Part shown: positions 39,412-48,822 of the stretch, in pieces
Layout: every line of letters starts with the position of its first letter
Numbering within the stretch: the first letter of the stretch is position 1
From: Polyangiales bacterium
Lineage (GTDB): Bacteria > Myxococcota_A > Polyangia > Polyangiales > Polyangiaceae
DNA: 60,159 nucleotides
Direction of reading: 5' to 3'
NCBI GenBank assembly: GCA_038231275.1
Contig: JBBRLQ010000041.1
Span: forward strand, 1-60,159
The notes under the pieces: model-generated
What the model saw: the letters and a program-made list of their open reading frames with translations, nothing else
The model's database searches: none
What the model was told of the DNA's origin: nothing
Translations under genes and position numbers: made by a program

Positions 39412-41703
39412 TCACCCCACCTTGACGCGCTCCATCCACCGGCGCGCGAAGAAGCCGCGAAAGCGAGCGTGCTGCGCGGCGACGTCGCGAACGCCGGTCG
39501 TGCGGTGCGTCGAAACGGTGCCGATCGTGGCGAGCAGGCTCTGCGGGCGCATCGTGAGCGTCCCTTGCAGTCGACGCCCGTCCCCTTCGACGTGGAACGG
39601 GAGCGTCGTGCCGTCGGTGTAGACGCGGAGTGGGCCGCCGTCGTGGAACTTCTTCATCGCCGAGAGCGTGAAGCGCTTCCCCGACGTCGTGACGAGGACG
39701 AGATCGTAGACTTCGTAGTAAGTGTCGCGCTCCGCGGGATCGTCAGAAAAGAGCGCGATTTTGCCCTCTACGACAGAGAGCGGCGCGGCGTCGAGGAGCG
39801 CGCAGGTAAGGGTCCCGACGGCGCTGGCAGGGTGACGAGGGTCGCCCAGGAAGGCGTCGACGTCCTCCACCGTGACGACGAGGCGCAGCTTCGCCTCCGT
39901 CGCGAGCGGCGTCACGCGACCCTCGGCGTCGAGACCGCCCGGATCGCGCGGGCCCTCGCTCAGCCAACCGGTGAAGGCCTCGCTGAAGGAGGCGCCGGTC
40001 GCGTGCGGGATCGGCGCGGGTCGTGGTGTACGCGCGACCGGCTCTGACGCCGCGGCGAGACGCGAGAACGCTCGCTCGGCGAGCGCGCAAAGCGTACCGA
40101 CGGGGTTCGTGCCGATCGAACGCGGAATGATCGACGCGTCACAGACGAAGAGCCCGGGGTGGACCGCGCCGTCCTTCGTCGGGTCGAAGACGCGGCACAG
40201 GTGGTCGACGACCCCGACCTCGTGATCCTCGCCCATCGGCGCGCCGCCAAGCGGATGCACCGTCACGTGCGCGCCTCCGAACGGGAGCGCGCTCGCGCCG
40301 AGGCGCACCGTTCCGCCGGAAGGGGCGACGCCGCGGCGGAGCAGCTCGGCGGCGACCTCCGCGCGGGCGTGCTCGGCGTAGCCGGGGAAGGCGAGCACGA
40401 CGCGATCCGCGCGGACGTCCAGCGTCAGTCGTCCGCGTGCGCCGTCGTGGCCCTGGACCAGGAAGAGCTGCACGTCGCGTGGCGTGCCGACGATCTGCTC
40501 GGCCACCACCGCCGCGACCGAACGCGCGCGAGAGAGCGTGCGCTCGAGCAGCGTGCCGCCACGGACACGCGACAGCTCGTCGGAGAGCGCGCCAGCCGCG
40601 ACGAGGAGGTCGAGCGCGCCGGGAAACGCGCCGTCCTCGACGCCGAAGCCGTCGTCGAGATGGTCCCCCCTGACCTCGAGCGAGCCGACGATGCACGGCC
40701 CCGGTCCCTCCGCCTGCGCGCCTTGGGCGACGCCGGTGGTCCCTCCTCCGAACGCGAGGCCGACGAGGTTCCCATTCGCCGAGAACTGCGTGCCGAGCGC
40801 CGCCGAGAGGGGCAGGCCAAGATCGCGCGATCGGAGCAGGATCTCCGCGGTTCCGAACACGCCCGCGGCGACGACGACGGTGTCGGCGAGGACGAACGGA
40901 AACGGGAGCCCGTCCTCGATGTCGGGGACGACTGGACGAAAGTGCACCGCCCACACCCCGCCGCCGCCGCGCGCGACGTGGTGGACCTCGGTCTCGGTGA
41001 AGACGTGCGCGCCGTGCCCGCACGCATCCGCCAGGTAGGTACGATCGACGGTCCGCTTCGCGCCGCGCGTGCATCCGGAGACGCAGTTTCCGCAGCCGTT
41101 GCACGGTCGCTCATCGACGCCGTTCTCGGTGGTACGCGGCGGCTCGAAGTGGGCGAGGATCGGCACGTCGCGGTAGCGCGCACCGCACGCGTCGCCGACC
41201 TGACGGAGCGACGTTGCCTTTCGCGACGGCGGGAAGGCTCCCTCGGCCGGCCACGGGCTGGGTCCAAGCACGGCGCGTGCGCGCGCGAAGCCGAGCGCGC
41301 GACCGGCCGCGTCGTCACGGAGCGCCGCGGGCCAGATGCGGTCGTCCCACACGCGGCGATCGGGCTCGAGGAAGACGCCTGCGTTGATGAGCGACGTGCC
41401 TCCGAGGCCGCAACCCACCAGCGCGTGGACATCGGCGTGCGTGCGCACTTCGAAGAGGCCGAGCGGGCTCCTGCGGGCGCCGCCACGACCACTCGAGGGT
41501 CTCTGGACCTGCACCTGGAGGAGCGCCTCGCGCGCGGTCGTCGGAAAGTCTTGCGGCAAGAACTGGCGACCGCGCTCGAGCACGCACACGCGCTTGCCGG
41601 CACGCGCGAGTCGCGCGGCCGCGATTCCACCGCCGTAGCCGGAGCCGATGACGACGGCGTCGTAGCGCGCGAGGAGCTGCGATTTCGGCAAGGCGAGCAT
41701 CAT
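39412..41703 (-). CDS. GMC oxidoreductase, cholesterol oxidase (ChoD)-like, with extra C-terminal domain
   Basis: VIGSGYGG, GCGLGGTSLINA, CNGCGNCVSGC, TVHPLGG, GTNP; C-terminal FSEAFTGWLS.. domain. Confidence 0.88.
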   Translation of the reverse strand: MMLALPKSQLLARYDAVVIGSGYGGGIAAARLARAGKRVCVLERGRQFLPQDFPTTAREALLQVQVQRPSSGRGGARRSPLGLFEVRTHADVHALVGCGLGGTSLINAGVFLEPDRRVWDDRIWPAALRDDAAGRALGFARARAVLGPSPWPAEGAFPPSRKATSLRQVGDACGARYRDVPILAHFEPPRTTENGVDERPCNGCGNCVSGCTRGAKRTVDRTYLADACGHGAHVFTETEVHHVARGGGGVWAVHFRPVVPDIEDGLPFPFVLADTVVVAAGVFGTAEILLRSRDLGLPLSAALGTQFSANGNLVGLAFGGGTTGVAQGAQAEGPGPCIVGSLEVRGDHLDDGFGVEDGAFPGALDLLVAAGALSDELSRVRGGTLLERTLSRARSVAAVVAEQIVGTPRDVQLFLVQGHDGARGRLTLDVRADRVVLAFPGYAEHARAEVAAELLRRGVAPSGGTVRLGASALPFGGAHVTVHPLGGAPMGEDHEVGVVDHLCRVFDPTKDGAVHPGLFVCDASIIPRSIGTNPVGTLCALAERAFSRLAAASEPVARTPRPAPIPHATGASFSEAFTGWLSEGPRDPGGLDAEGRVTPLATEAKLRLVVTVEDVDAFLGDPRHPASAVGTLTCALLDAAPLSVVEGKIALFSDDPAERDTYYEVYDLVLVTTSGKRFTLSAMKKFHDGGPLRVYTDGTTLPFHVEGDGRRLQGTLTMRPQSLLATIGTVSTHRTTGVRDVAAQHARFRGFFARRWMERVKVG

Positions 41704-42665
41704 GGTTCGATCCTGCGGGTCTGGCGTAATGCGCGTGCGTGGAGGCGAAGTCGACCGGCCGTCGCGTGCGGCATGCGCGCGAGACCATGAAATCGGCGGA
41801 GCGCGAGGTACACGTTCCCCGGCGCCTCGAACGAGAGGTTGTGCGACGCCCCCACGACCCACTCTCCCGCAGCGTCGCGAATGCCGGCCACGAGGCGCGC
41901 GGGGCCGTCGGCGGGCAGGAGCGCGTCCTCGGTGCCGGCGAGGACGAACGTGCGGCACGAGATCCGTGGGAGGATCTCGTCGACGAAGTGCTCCGGACGG
42001 ATGGCTCCGCCGAAACCCTGGACCTGCGGCGTGGCGATCGCGCGCCGAACGAGGCGGCCCACCATGTCGGCGATCGGCGGCGCGCGTTCGAAGAGCCCTT
42101 CCTCGCCGAGCACGCGGCGCGCGATCTCGCGACGCGCCCCCGGCTCGTCCGCGTCGACCAGCGCACGCAGCGTCTCCGTGTCCATCCTGAGGCCCGCAGG
42201 ATTCACGAGGAACAGGCTGCGCGCGCGCGTCGTCGTCGCGGCGAGGCGGAGCGCGAGCCACCCGCCCAGGCTCACGCCAACGACGTCCGCGTCGTCGATC
42301 CGGAGGCGATCGAGCAGCAAATCGACCGACTCTGCGTGCTCGGCCGGATCGAGCGGCGCGTGCCCGCGGGGGGAGGTCCACCGCCGGCTGGCGCCCGCGA
42401 AATCGAACAGGTCGGGCAAGATGCAGCGTCGCGACGCCGAGAAGGCCATCGCCAAGAAGAGGAGCGGCAACGCGTCCGCAGCGATGCCGTGCAAGAAGAC
42501 GAGCGGCGGACCGTCGTTCTCGGCGCCGAGCTCGTAGAAGCTCATCGCGCCGAAGCGCGTCCGCTCGTCGCGAAGGAGGGCGCCGCGCCGCTTCAGGAGC
42601 GACCGCACGGCGCCGCGCGCGAAATCGACCTTCGGCGGCTCGAGGCGCTCGAACAGCGGCGTCAC
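41700..42665 (-). CDS. Alpha/beta hydrolase
   Basis: FLHG, GVSLGG nucleophile elbow, GTEDALL, ASHN; overlaps both neighbours by 4 nt. Confidence 0.88.
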   Translation of the reverse strand: MTPLFERLEPPKVDFARGAVRSLLKRRGALLRDERTRFGAMSFYELGAENDGPPLVFLHGIAADALPLLFLAMAFSASRRCILPDLFDFAGASRRWTSPRGHAPLDPAEHAESVDLLLDRLRIDDADVVGVSLGGWLALRLAATTTRARSLFLVNPAGLRMDTETLRALVDADEPGARREIARRVLGEEGLFERAPPIADMVGRLVRRAIATPQVQGFGGAIRPEHFVDEILPRISCRTFVLAGTEDALLPADGPARLVAGIRDAAGEWVVGASHNLSFEAPGNVYLALRRFHGLARMPHATAGRLRLHARALRQTRRIEP

Positions 42666-45352
42666 GGCTCCTCGGGCTCTTCGAATTGCGCGCGGGCCCA
42701 CGCAACGGCGTCCGCGACCGTGCGCGTGATGTCGGTCGGCGCCCATCCGAGCTCGCGTCTGATGCGGTCGGACGAGACGCGGATCTCGTGACCGGCGAGG
42801 TCCGCCGCCAACTCCGCCGTGAGGGTCCGTTCGGTCCCGTAGATTCGGCTTCGCGCCCAGTCCACCGCGGGCATCAAGCGCGCGAGCGCCGTCGGCACGC
42901 GCCGGCGTGGCGGCTCGAACGCCGGATCCACCTCGACCATCTTCGCGTAGAGCTGCTCGAAGGACAGGTGCGTCGTCGCGACGGCGTAGCGCCCGCGCGC
43001 AGCCTTCGTCTCGAGGGCGAGCACGTGCGCCCACGCGACGTCGCGAACGTCGACCCAGGAGAGCGCAAACGGCGGAATCGCGGGGAGCCGCCGGGCCACC
43101 ATGTCGGCGACCAGGCGAGTCGAGGGCGTGTGCCGGAAATGATTCGGGCCGAGGAACGACGCCGGGTTCAGGACGACGAGATCGAGGCCCGTCTGCTCCG
43201 CGAGCTCCCACGCGCGTCGCTCGGCGAGCGTCTTTGCGCGGTGGTACGCGTGGCGCGCGTCGTCGTTCCAGTCGCGCTCGTCCAGCGGGTCACGGCCTGT
43301 CGCGTCGGTTCCGAACGTCGCGATCGACGAGGTCAAGACGACACGCGCGACGCCCGCGAGGTGAGCCGCGCGGAGCACCGCAGCCGTGCCCATCACCGTC
43401 GGCTCGACGACGTCGCGCTCGGGATCGCGAACGACGAGATGGAACGCGCTCGCCGCGTGCACGAGACGATCGACTCCTTGCCCGAGCGCGCGACGCACCG
43501 ACGCTGGCGACGTCATCTCCACCTCGACGAGCTCCAACGCGCCGTCGTGGCTCGCCGAAAGCGCGCGGAGGGGCGCGACGCGTGCCTCGTCGCGCAAGCT
43601 TCGCACCATCGCCACGACGCGATGACCGCGCCGCAGCAGCTGCGCGACGAGGTTGAAGCCGAGGTGCCCCGTCGCGCCGGTCACCGCGACGCGAAATGCG
43701 TCTGCGGGCGCGATGCGGACGATGACGCCATGGCTCGCGATCTCCATCGGCTCGCGCCCGCGCGCGACGGATCGCGGACGAGGAGGCTCCACGCGAACGC
43801 TGCGAATCAAATGACCCAGCTCCTTTCGTGCATCGAAGACGAGCTCGGCCTCCCCCACCGGCTCTTCGCCTTCGAACAGCGTTGCCGGCAGCTCCGTGAA
43901 GGACGCTGGCAAATCGGCGAGCCGCAAGGTCTTGGTGCCAGAGAGGCGGAATGCGCGACCGCCCTCCCCCACGAAGGCGACCTCGTAGGCGAGCGCGCCG
44001 CCGCCCGACGCCGCGAACGTCAATGTCCCTCGCGCCGCCGCGTCTGCCGCGAGCCCTTCGATGGTCACCGTTCCATTCAGCGTCGCGCGAAGGTCGGAGA
44101 ACGGAGGCGACCAGGCGGCCGCGAGATCGAGAGCGACCTCGCGATCGCGCGCCGGGTCCGCGAACGTTCGGAGCACGCCGCGCATCTTCTCCACGAAGCA
44201 CAAAGACAGGGGATTTCCCGCGTCGTCGCGGTGTGTGGGGGTCTGGGCCAGCGTCTCCGCCGGGCGACGAGGGATGACGTCGAGGGAGGCGATCGAGCGG
44301 AGCAGCGCGCCGCCGTGCATCTCCGCGCGACCCCATCCGCCCAGCGCGCGATCGACGACGCGCTGGAGCACCGGCCCCACCGACGTCTCGTCCGCGTGCG
44401 CGCGGAGCCACGCGCGCCACTCGCCGGGCTCCTCCCATCCGTCGTACGCCTCGTGACCGAACGTCCGGCCCGTCACGACGTCCTCGACGCGCACCTCGTC
44501 CCCGTGAAAACGCGTGGCCGTCGCGAGCTCGCGCGACCAGGTGCCGCAGTTGACGTACGTGACGTCGCCGACCCGCGCCGTCCCCGGGTGATGGGTATGC
44601 CCGCACACGACGTACCGCGCGCCAGGCGGCGGCCGGGTCCGCGCGAGCGTGGCGAGGACGTAGCGAGGATCCTTCTGTGTCTCGAGCGACAGGAGGTAGT
44701 TGATGTTCTCGTCGAGCCAGGCGCGGACCTGGGCGTCGTCGGTGGCGTCGTCGACGCGCTGGAGGACGTCGGACAACGCGGCGGCGAACAGGCGGTTTCG
44801 CAGTCCGTCGTGCGTCGAGAGCGGGAGATCGATGCGCGTCCCCAGCACACGCTGGAAGCGCGCGAGGACCTCTTCGAGGCGACCCACTGCGAGCCCGCGG
44901 AGGCCGACGTCGAGCTCGTGCCCGTGGGTAACGAAGATGTCGCCGACGAGGAGCCGCGTCGCGACCTTCCATGGCGCCGCGCGTCGCAGCTCGGTCGCCG
45001 CGGGGTCGTGGTTGCCGATCACGTAGACCACGTCGGTCTGCGTGCACGCGTCGACCACGGCAGCACGCACGCGCGGGTAGCGTGAGAGCACCTCGGACGC
45101 GGTGGCGCGATCGGTACCGCCGTCGAGGATGTCGCCGTCGAGGACCAGAATGTCACCTGCCCGCGCGGCGTCGCGCACGAGCGCGGCGAGCGTGACCTCG
45201 AGCTCGTGGGGAAATCCGTACGGCGGCGGCGGACCGAGGTGGGTGTCGGAGACGATCACGACGTCGCGATCGCGTCGGTCGAGGCGAAGCGTGATCCCTT
45301 CGTCGAGGCGCAGCGACGCGCGGCCATCGACGTGGGTGAGCGAGGCGGTCAT
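42662..45352 (-). CDS. Fusion of metallophosphoesterase, ChoD-associated domain and NAD-dependent epimerase/dihydroflavonol-reductase-like SDR
   Basis: SDTHLG, GDILD, GNHD, HGH, GHTH; middle FVEKMRG..; TGATGHLG and YHRAK; single ORF of 896 aa. Confidence 0.82.
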   Translation of the reverse strand: MTASLTHVDGRASLRLDEGITLRLDRRDRDVVIVSDTHLGPPPPYGFPHELEVTLAALVRDAARAGDILVLDGDILDGGTDRATASEVLSRYPRVRAAVVDACTQTDVVYVIGNHDPAATELRRAAPWKVATRLLVGDIFVTHGHELDVGLRGLAVGRLEEVLARFQRVLGTRIDLPLSTHDGLRNRLFAAALSDVLQRVDDATDDAQVRAWLDENINYLLSLETQKDPRYVLATLARTRPPPGARYVVCGHTHHPGTARVGDVTYVNCGTWSRELATATRFHGDEVRVEDVVTGRTFGHEAYDGWEEPGEWRAWLRAHADETSVGPVLQRVVDRALGGWGRAEMHGGALLRSIASLDVIPRRPAETLAQTPTHRDDAGNPLSLCFVEKMRGVLRTFADPARDREVALDLAAAWSPPFSDLRATLNGTVTIEGLAADAAARGTLTFAASGGGALAYEVAFVGEGGRAFRLSGTKTLRLADLPASFTELPATLFEGEEPVGEAELVFDARKELGHLIRSVRVEPPRPRSVARGREPMEIASHGVIVRIAPADAFRVAVTGATGHLGFNLVAQLLRRGHRVVAMVRSLRDEARVAPLRALSASHDGALELVEVEMTSPASVRRALGQGVDRLVHAASAFHLVVRDPERDVVEPTVMGTAAVLRAAHLAGVARVVLTSSIATFGTDATGRDPLDERDWNDDARHAYHRAKTLAERRAWELAEQTGLDLVVLNPASFLGPNHFRHTPSTRLVADMVARRLPAIPPFALSWVDVRDVAWAHVLALETKAARGRYAVATTHLSFEQLYAKMVEVDPAFEPPRRRVPTALARLMPAVDWARSRIYGTERTLTAELAADLAGHEIRVSSDRIRRELGWAPTDITRTVADAVAWARAQFEEPEEP

Positions 45353-45532
45353 CGTTTCACTATGGAGACGCGCTCCGGCGATCGAAAGCGGCGCGGTGCT
45401 TACGAGCGCGTACGGACGGCGCCTCTGCCTCCGGCGCGGGCCCGTGTTCGGCGAGCCGCGTGAAGCGGGCGAGTGGCCGCGCGTCGCCTCCCTAACCCCG
45501 CGGATCCTCCGCCAACCTCCCCTTCCCGCCGC

Positions 45533-45548
45533 TGGCACGTGGCTCGCT
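45533..45548 (+). promoter_or_regulatory. sigma54 -24/-12 promoter
   Basis: TGGCACG-TGGC-TCGCT; GG 45534-35, GC 45546-47. Confidence 0.65.
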
Positions 45549-45560
45549 TTGCCGACCTTC

Positions 45561-48143
45561 ATGCGCCACATCGCCCTCGCGTTCCTCGCCGTCGTCTCGG
45601 CATGTGCGCCTGCCGCTCCACCTCCACCACACGCGCGACCGGTGACGCCGCCCGCGACGGTCACCCCTGCGATCACCGCCGCCGCGTGCACGAAGTTCGA
45701 GCTCCCGGAGCCGGAGACGCGGACGTCCACGGCGTACGCGGTCGAGACCGGCAATCCGGCCGACATGTGCTCGGTCGCGACGGACCACATCGACGCCGCG
45801 CGGAAGGCTGCGCTCGTCGCGATGACGTCACCGGCGGCACGCGTCGCGGTCCCGTGGGATCGCGCGACCGATCCGCAGCGGCTCGACGCCGTGACGCGAC
45901 GCCTCGGCCTCACGAAGGCGGAGCTCGCCGCGTTGCGGGAGCGAGGCTTCGTGGTCCTCGAGAAGCAGCGCTACGGCACGTACACCGACGCGCTCCACGA
46001 GATCTTCCAGTCGGAGCTTCCGCTGTGGGTCTCGACGGACATGATCCTCCACGCCGTGTACCGCTCGAACGATGCGCTCATCGCGCGCGTCGAGGCGGCG
46101 TCTCTCGCGCCGAAGCTCGCGTCGTCGCTCGAGCGCATGCACTGCGCGCTCGGCGCGGCGCGATATCCCGCGGAGATCGCGCGCGACGTCGATCTGTACC
46201 TGACGGTGGCGCGCACGCTCCTCGCGGGCAGCGCGGTCCCGAGCGTGCTGGGCGTCGACGACGCGGCGCAAAAGCTGGTGGCAGATGCAGAGGCCGCCCA
46301 AGGCCTCGCCGACGTCACGATCTTCGGTCGCCCACGCGTCGTCGATTTCTCGGTGTACATGCCGCGCGGCCACTACGCGGCGCCCAAGGACGGCGGGACC
46401 GATCTCTCGCACTACTTCCGCGCCGCCACGTGGCTCTCGCGCCTCGAGCTCAACCTCGTCACGTACGATTGCGCGAGCTCCAGCAAAGGGGATCCGGCGC
46501 AGACGCCGCGCGAGGCGACGGTCGCGCTCGCACTCGCCGACCTGGTCACGCGCGCGGGGGCGACGGACGACGTCGCCGCGATGGAGAAGGCGTGGGGGCT
46601 CTTTGCGGGCAAGCGCGAGGACGTGAGCTTCGCGCAAGTCGCGGCGCTCGCCGCGGAGGCCGGCATCGGCGCGCTCGCTCCCGATTCGGCGGGGCGTCTC
46701 CGCGCGGCGATCGGCCGTAAATTCCCGCGTACGGCGCGGACCCACTACACCTGGCAAGGCTGCGCCGATCTGCCGGCCATCTCCACGATGCTGGGCGCGC
46801 GCGTCGTGCCCGACGCTCAGCTCACGCGACCGCTCGTCCACTCCGACGTCGTGGATCGGCAGCGCCTCGGCATCGCCGATGTCGCGTACGCGCTCGGCCT
46901 CGATCGCGCGAAAGGGTATCTCGCGACGGATCTCGCCACGTACCCGACGCTCGGCGCGCAGCTCGAGAAGGCCCGCGCGATCGGCCGCGCGCCGCTGACG
47001 GGGACCGATCTCTACTCGGCGTGGCTCGGCGCCGTCCGCGGCATCGCCGATCGGCCCGAGGGGTCCGTCCCGTCGTTCATGCGAACGGCGGCATACGACG
47101 ATCTGCGCCTCGGATCGATGACGGCCGGCTTCGGGCAGCTCCGCCACAACTACGTCCTCTTCGCGGCGATGACGTATGGGGAGGCCGGCTGCACCATCCC
47201 CGACGCGTTCGTCGAGCCGGCGCCCACCGTGTACGAAAACCTCGTGGAATACGCGGCGCGCGGCGAGGCGGCCATGCGGGTCGTCGCCACCGAGGAGGAC
47301 GCCGCGTATTTCGCGCGGCTCCGCACGAGCCTCGAGCTCCTCCGCGCGATCGGCCAGCGCGAGCTCGAGGGAAAGCCGCTGCCCGACGAGGCGCTCCGCT
47401 TCCTGTCGATGGTCGTCGAGGTCACGTACGGCACGCGCACCACGGGTTCGTCGCCGACGTTCACCGGCTGGTACTTCGACATGTTCCGCTCGCGCGACGA
47501 GGGGCTCGACGGCGCCGCGTTCCTCGCGGACTACTACACGTCGACGGAGTTGAACGAGGCGGCGTACGCAGGTGTTCGTGGGGTTCGCCTCGGCGTCTTC
47601 GTGGTCGACGTCGGCGGCGCGCCGCGCGTCGTGGTCGGTCCGGTCGCCAGCGCGTTCGAGGCGCACGTCCCGCTTCCGCGCCTCGGCGACGCCGACGTCC
47701 CGAAGGCGCCCGCCGTCGCCCCTTGGGAGGCCAGCTATGTCGTCGGCGGCCCACCGGCGCCTCCGCTGGCGTGGAAGGGACGCGTCCGTATCGACGGCGG
47801 CCGAACCGATCAGGTGACCGTGAGCGCCTGGAGCACGCGCGCCCTCGGCCCCGTCACGATCGAGTTGCTCGATCACAACCGACGTCCCGCCGCGACCGTC
47901 ACGCGCAACGTCAGCCGCGGGCCCGTCACGTTCTCGTTCCCGAGCCGTGCGGTGCCGAAGGACGCGGCCACACTCCCATGGTCCGGCCTCCACGTTCGCG
48001 TCGGCGAGTGGGACGCGTGGGAGACCGGCCCGATCGACGCCAACCTTGGCGCCGCGCCCGCCGTGATGGGAGAGATCTCCGGCGCCTACGGCGGCATGAA
48101 GACACCCGAAGTCCCGCCGCGCGAGCGAAGCACCATGCAGTGA
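45561..48143 (+). CDS. DUF3160 domain lipoprotein
   Basis: Lipobox VSAC; PLWVSTDMILHA, DFSVYMPRGHY, YFRAATW, GQLRHNYVLFA, AFVEP. Confidence 0.82.
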   Translation: MRHIALAFLAVVSACAPAAPPPPHARPVTPPATVTPAITAAACTKFELPEPETRTSTAYAVETGNPADMCSVATDHIDAARKAALVAMTSPAARVAVPWDRATDPQRLDAVTRRLGLTKAELAALRERGFVVLEKQRYGTYTDALHEIFQSELPLWVSTDMILHAVYRSNDALIARVEAASLAPKLASSLERMHCALGAARYPAEIARDVDLYLTVARTLLAGSAVPSVLGVDDAAQKLVADAEAAQGLADVTIFGRPRVVDFSVYMPRGHYAAPKDGGTDLSHYFRAATWLSRLELNLVTYDCASSSKGDPAQTPREATVALALADLVTRAGATDDVAAMEKAWGLFAGKREDVSFAQVAALAAEAGIGALAPDSAGRLRAAIGRKFPRTARTHYTWQGCADLPAISTMLGARVVPDAQLTRPLVHSDVVDRQRLGIADVAYALGLDRAKGYLATDLATYPTLGAQLEKARAIGRAPLTGTDLYSAWLGAVRGIADRPEGSVPSFMRTAAYDDLRLGSMTAGFGQLRHNYVLFAAMTYGEAGCTIPDAFVEPAPTVYENLVEYAARGEAAMRVVATEEDAAYFARLRTSLELLRAIGQRELEGKPLPDEALRFLSMVVEVTYGTRTTGSSPTFTGWYFDMFRSRDEGLDGAAFLADYYTSTELNEAAYAGVRGVRLGVFVVDVGGAPRVVVGPVASAFEAHVPLPRLGDADVPKAPAVAPWEASYVVGGPPAPPLAWKGRVRIDGGRTDQVTVSAWSTRALGPVTIELLDHNRRPAATVTRNVSRGPVTFSFPSRAVPKDAATLPWSGLHVRVGEWDAWETGPIDANLGAAPAVMGEISGAYGGMKTPEVPPRERSTMQ

Positions 48144-48230
48144 CGACGCGCTGCTTACGGTCGCGTAAACATCACCGCCCTTGCTACGCGACCCGATCGC
48201 GCGATACGGAAGAGGCTAGGGGATCGGAGG

Positions 48231-48812
48231 ATGCACATGGGCAAGACGACGTTCGGCGTGGGCAGCTTGGTGGTGGGTCTCTTGTCGGTGAGCCTCTACG
48301 TCGGGTGCAGCGCGCCCGCCCCGACCGGCGAGGCCGAGAAGGTCGGCGCGACCGATCAAGCCGTCACTCTCATCTGCGCAAACGACCTCGGCTACTCGGT
48401 TCCGTGGCTGATTCATGCAGACTGCACGTGCTCCAACTACTCCGGCGATCAGCTCACCCAGTGCAACTACGAGCTCGGCGCGCTGGCGTGCCTCATGAAC
48501 GCCGGCTGGACGGGCACCTGCGCGGGGCTGCCGGCGCTCCCCGTCGTGAAGGTCACCGACACGCTGAAAGGCGTGGCCTATTACGAGGACCTGAACCTCG
48601 ACACGTATTTTCCGCGGAGCTGCAGCGCGCAGCAGGCGGCGCGCGCTTGCCTCTACACACTCAACGGGTCGAACGGATACAGCGCCCCGCCGATCGCGGC
48701 CCAGATCACGCACCACTGCACCATCTCGCAGGACCACTGCGCAGGGCCAGGTGGGAATCAGAACTACCTCGACGTGTTCGACCCGTGCTCGACGGCCAGC
48801 TGCCACATGTGA
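48231..48812 (+). CDS. Secreted Cys-rich lipoprotein of unknown function
   Basis: Signal ending YVGC, linker EKVGATDQAV, 12 further Cys; GGAGG 48226-30 fits the second ATG (48237). Confidence 0.75.
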   Translation: MHMGKTTFGVGSLVVGLLSVSLYVGCSAPAPTGEAEKVGATDQAVTLICANDLGYSVPWLIHADCTCSNYSGDQLTQCNYELGALACLMNAGWTGTCAGLPALPVVKVTDTLKGVAYYEDLNLDTYFPRSCSAQQAARACLYTLNGSNGYSAPPIAAQITHHCTISQDHCAGPGGNQNYLDVFDPCSTASCHM

Positions 48813-48822
48813 CGAGGCGCGG

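Noticed and set aside
41085..41105. CxxCxxC as a radical-SAM or separate ferredoxin gene
   Set aside because: CNGCGNCVSGC is an ordinary internal motif of ChoD-like GMC oxidases
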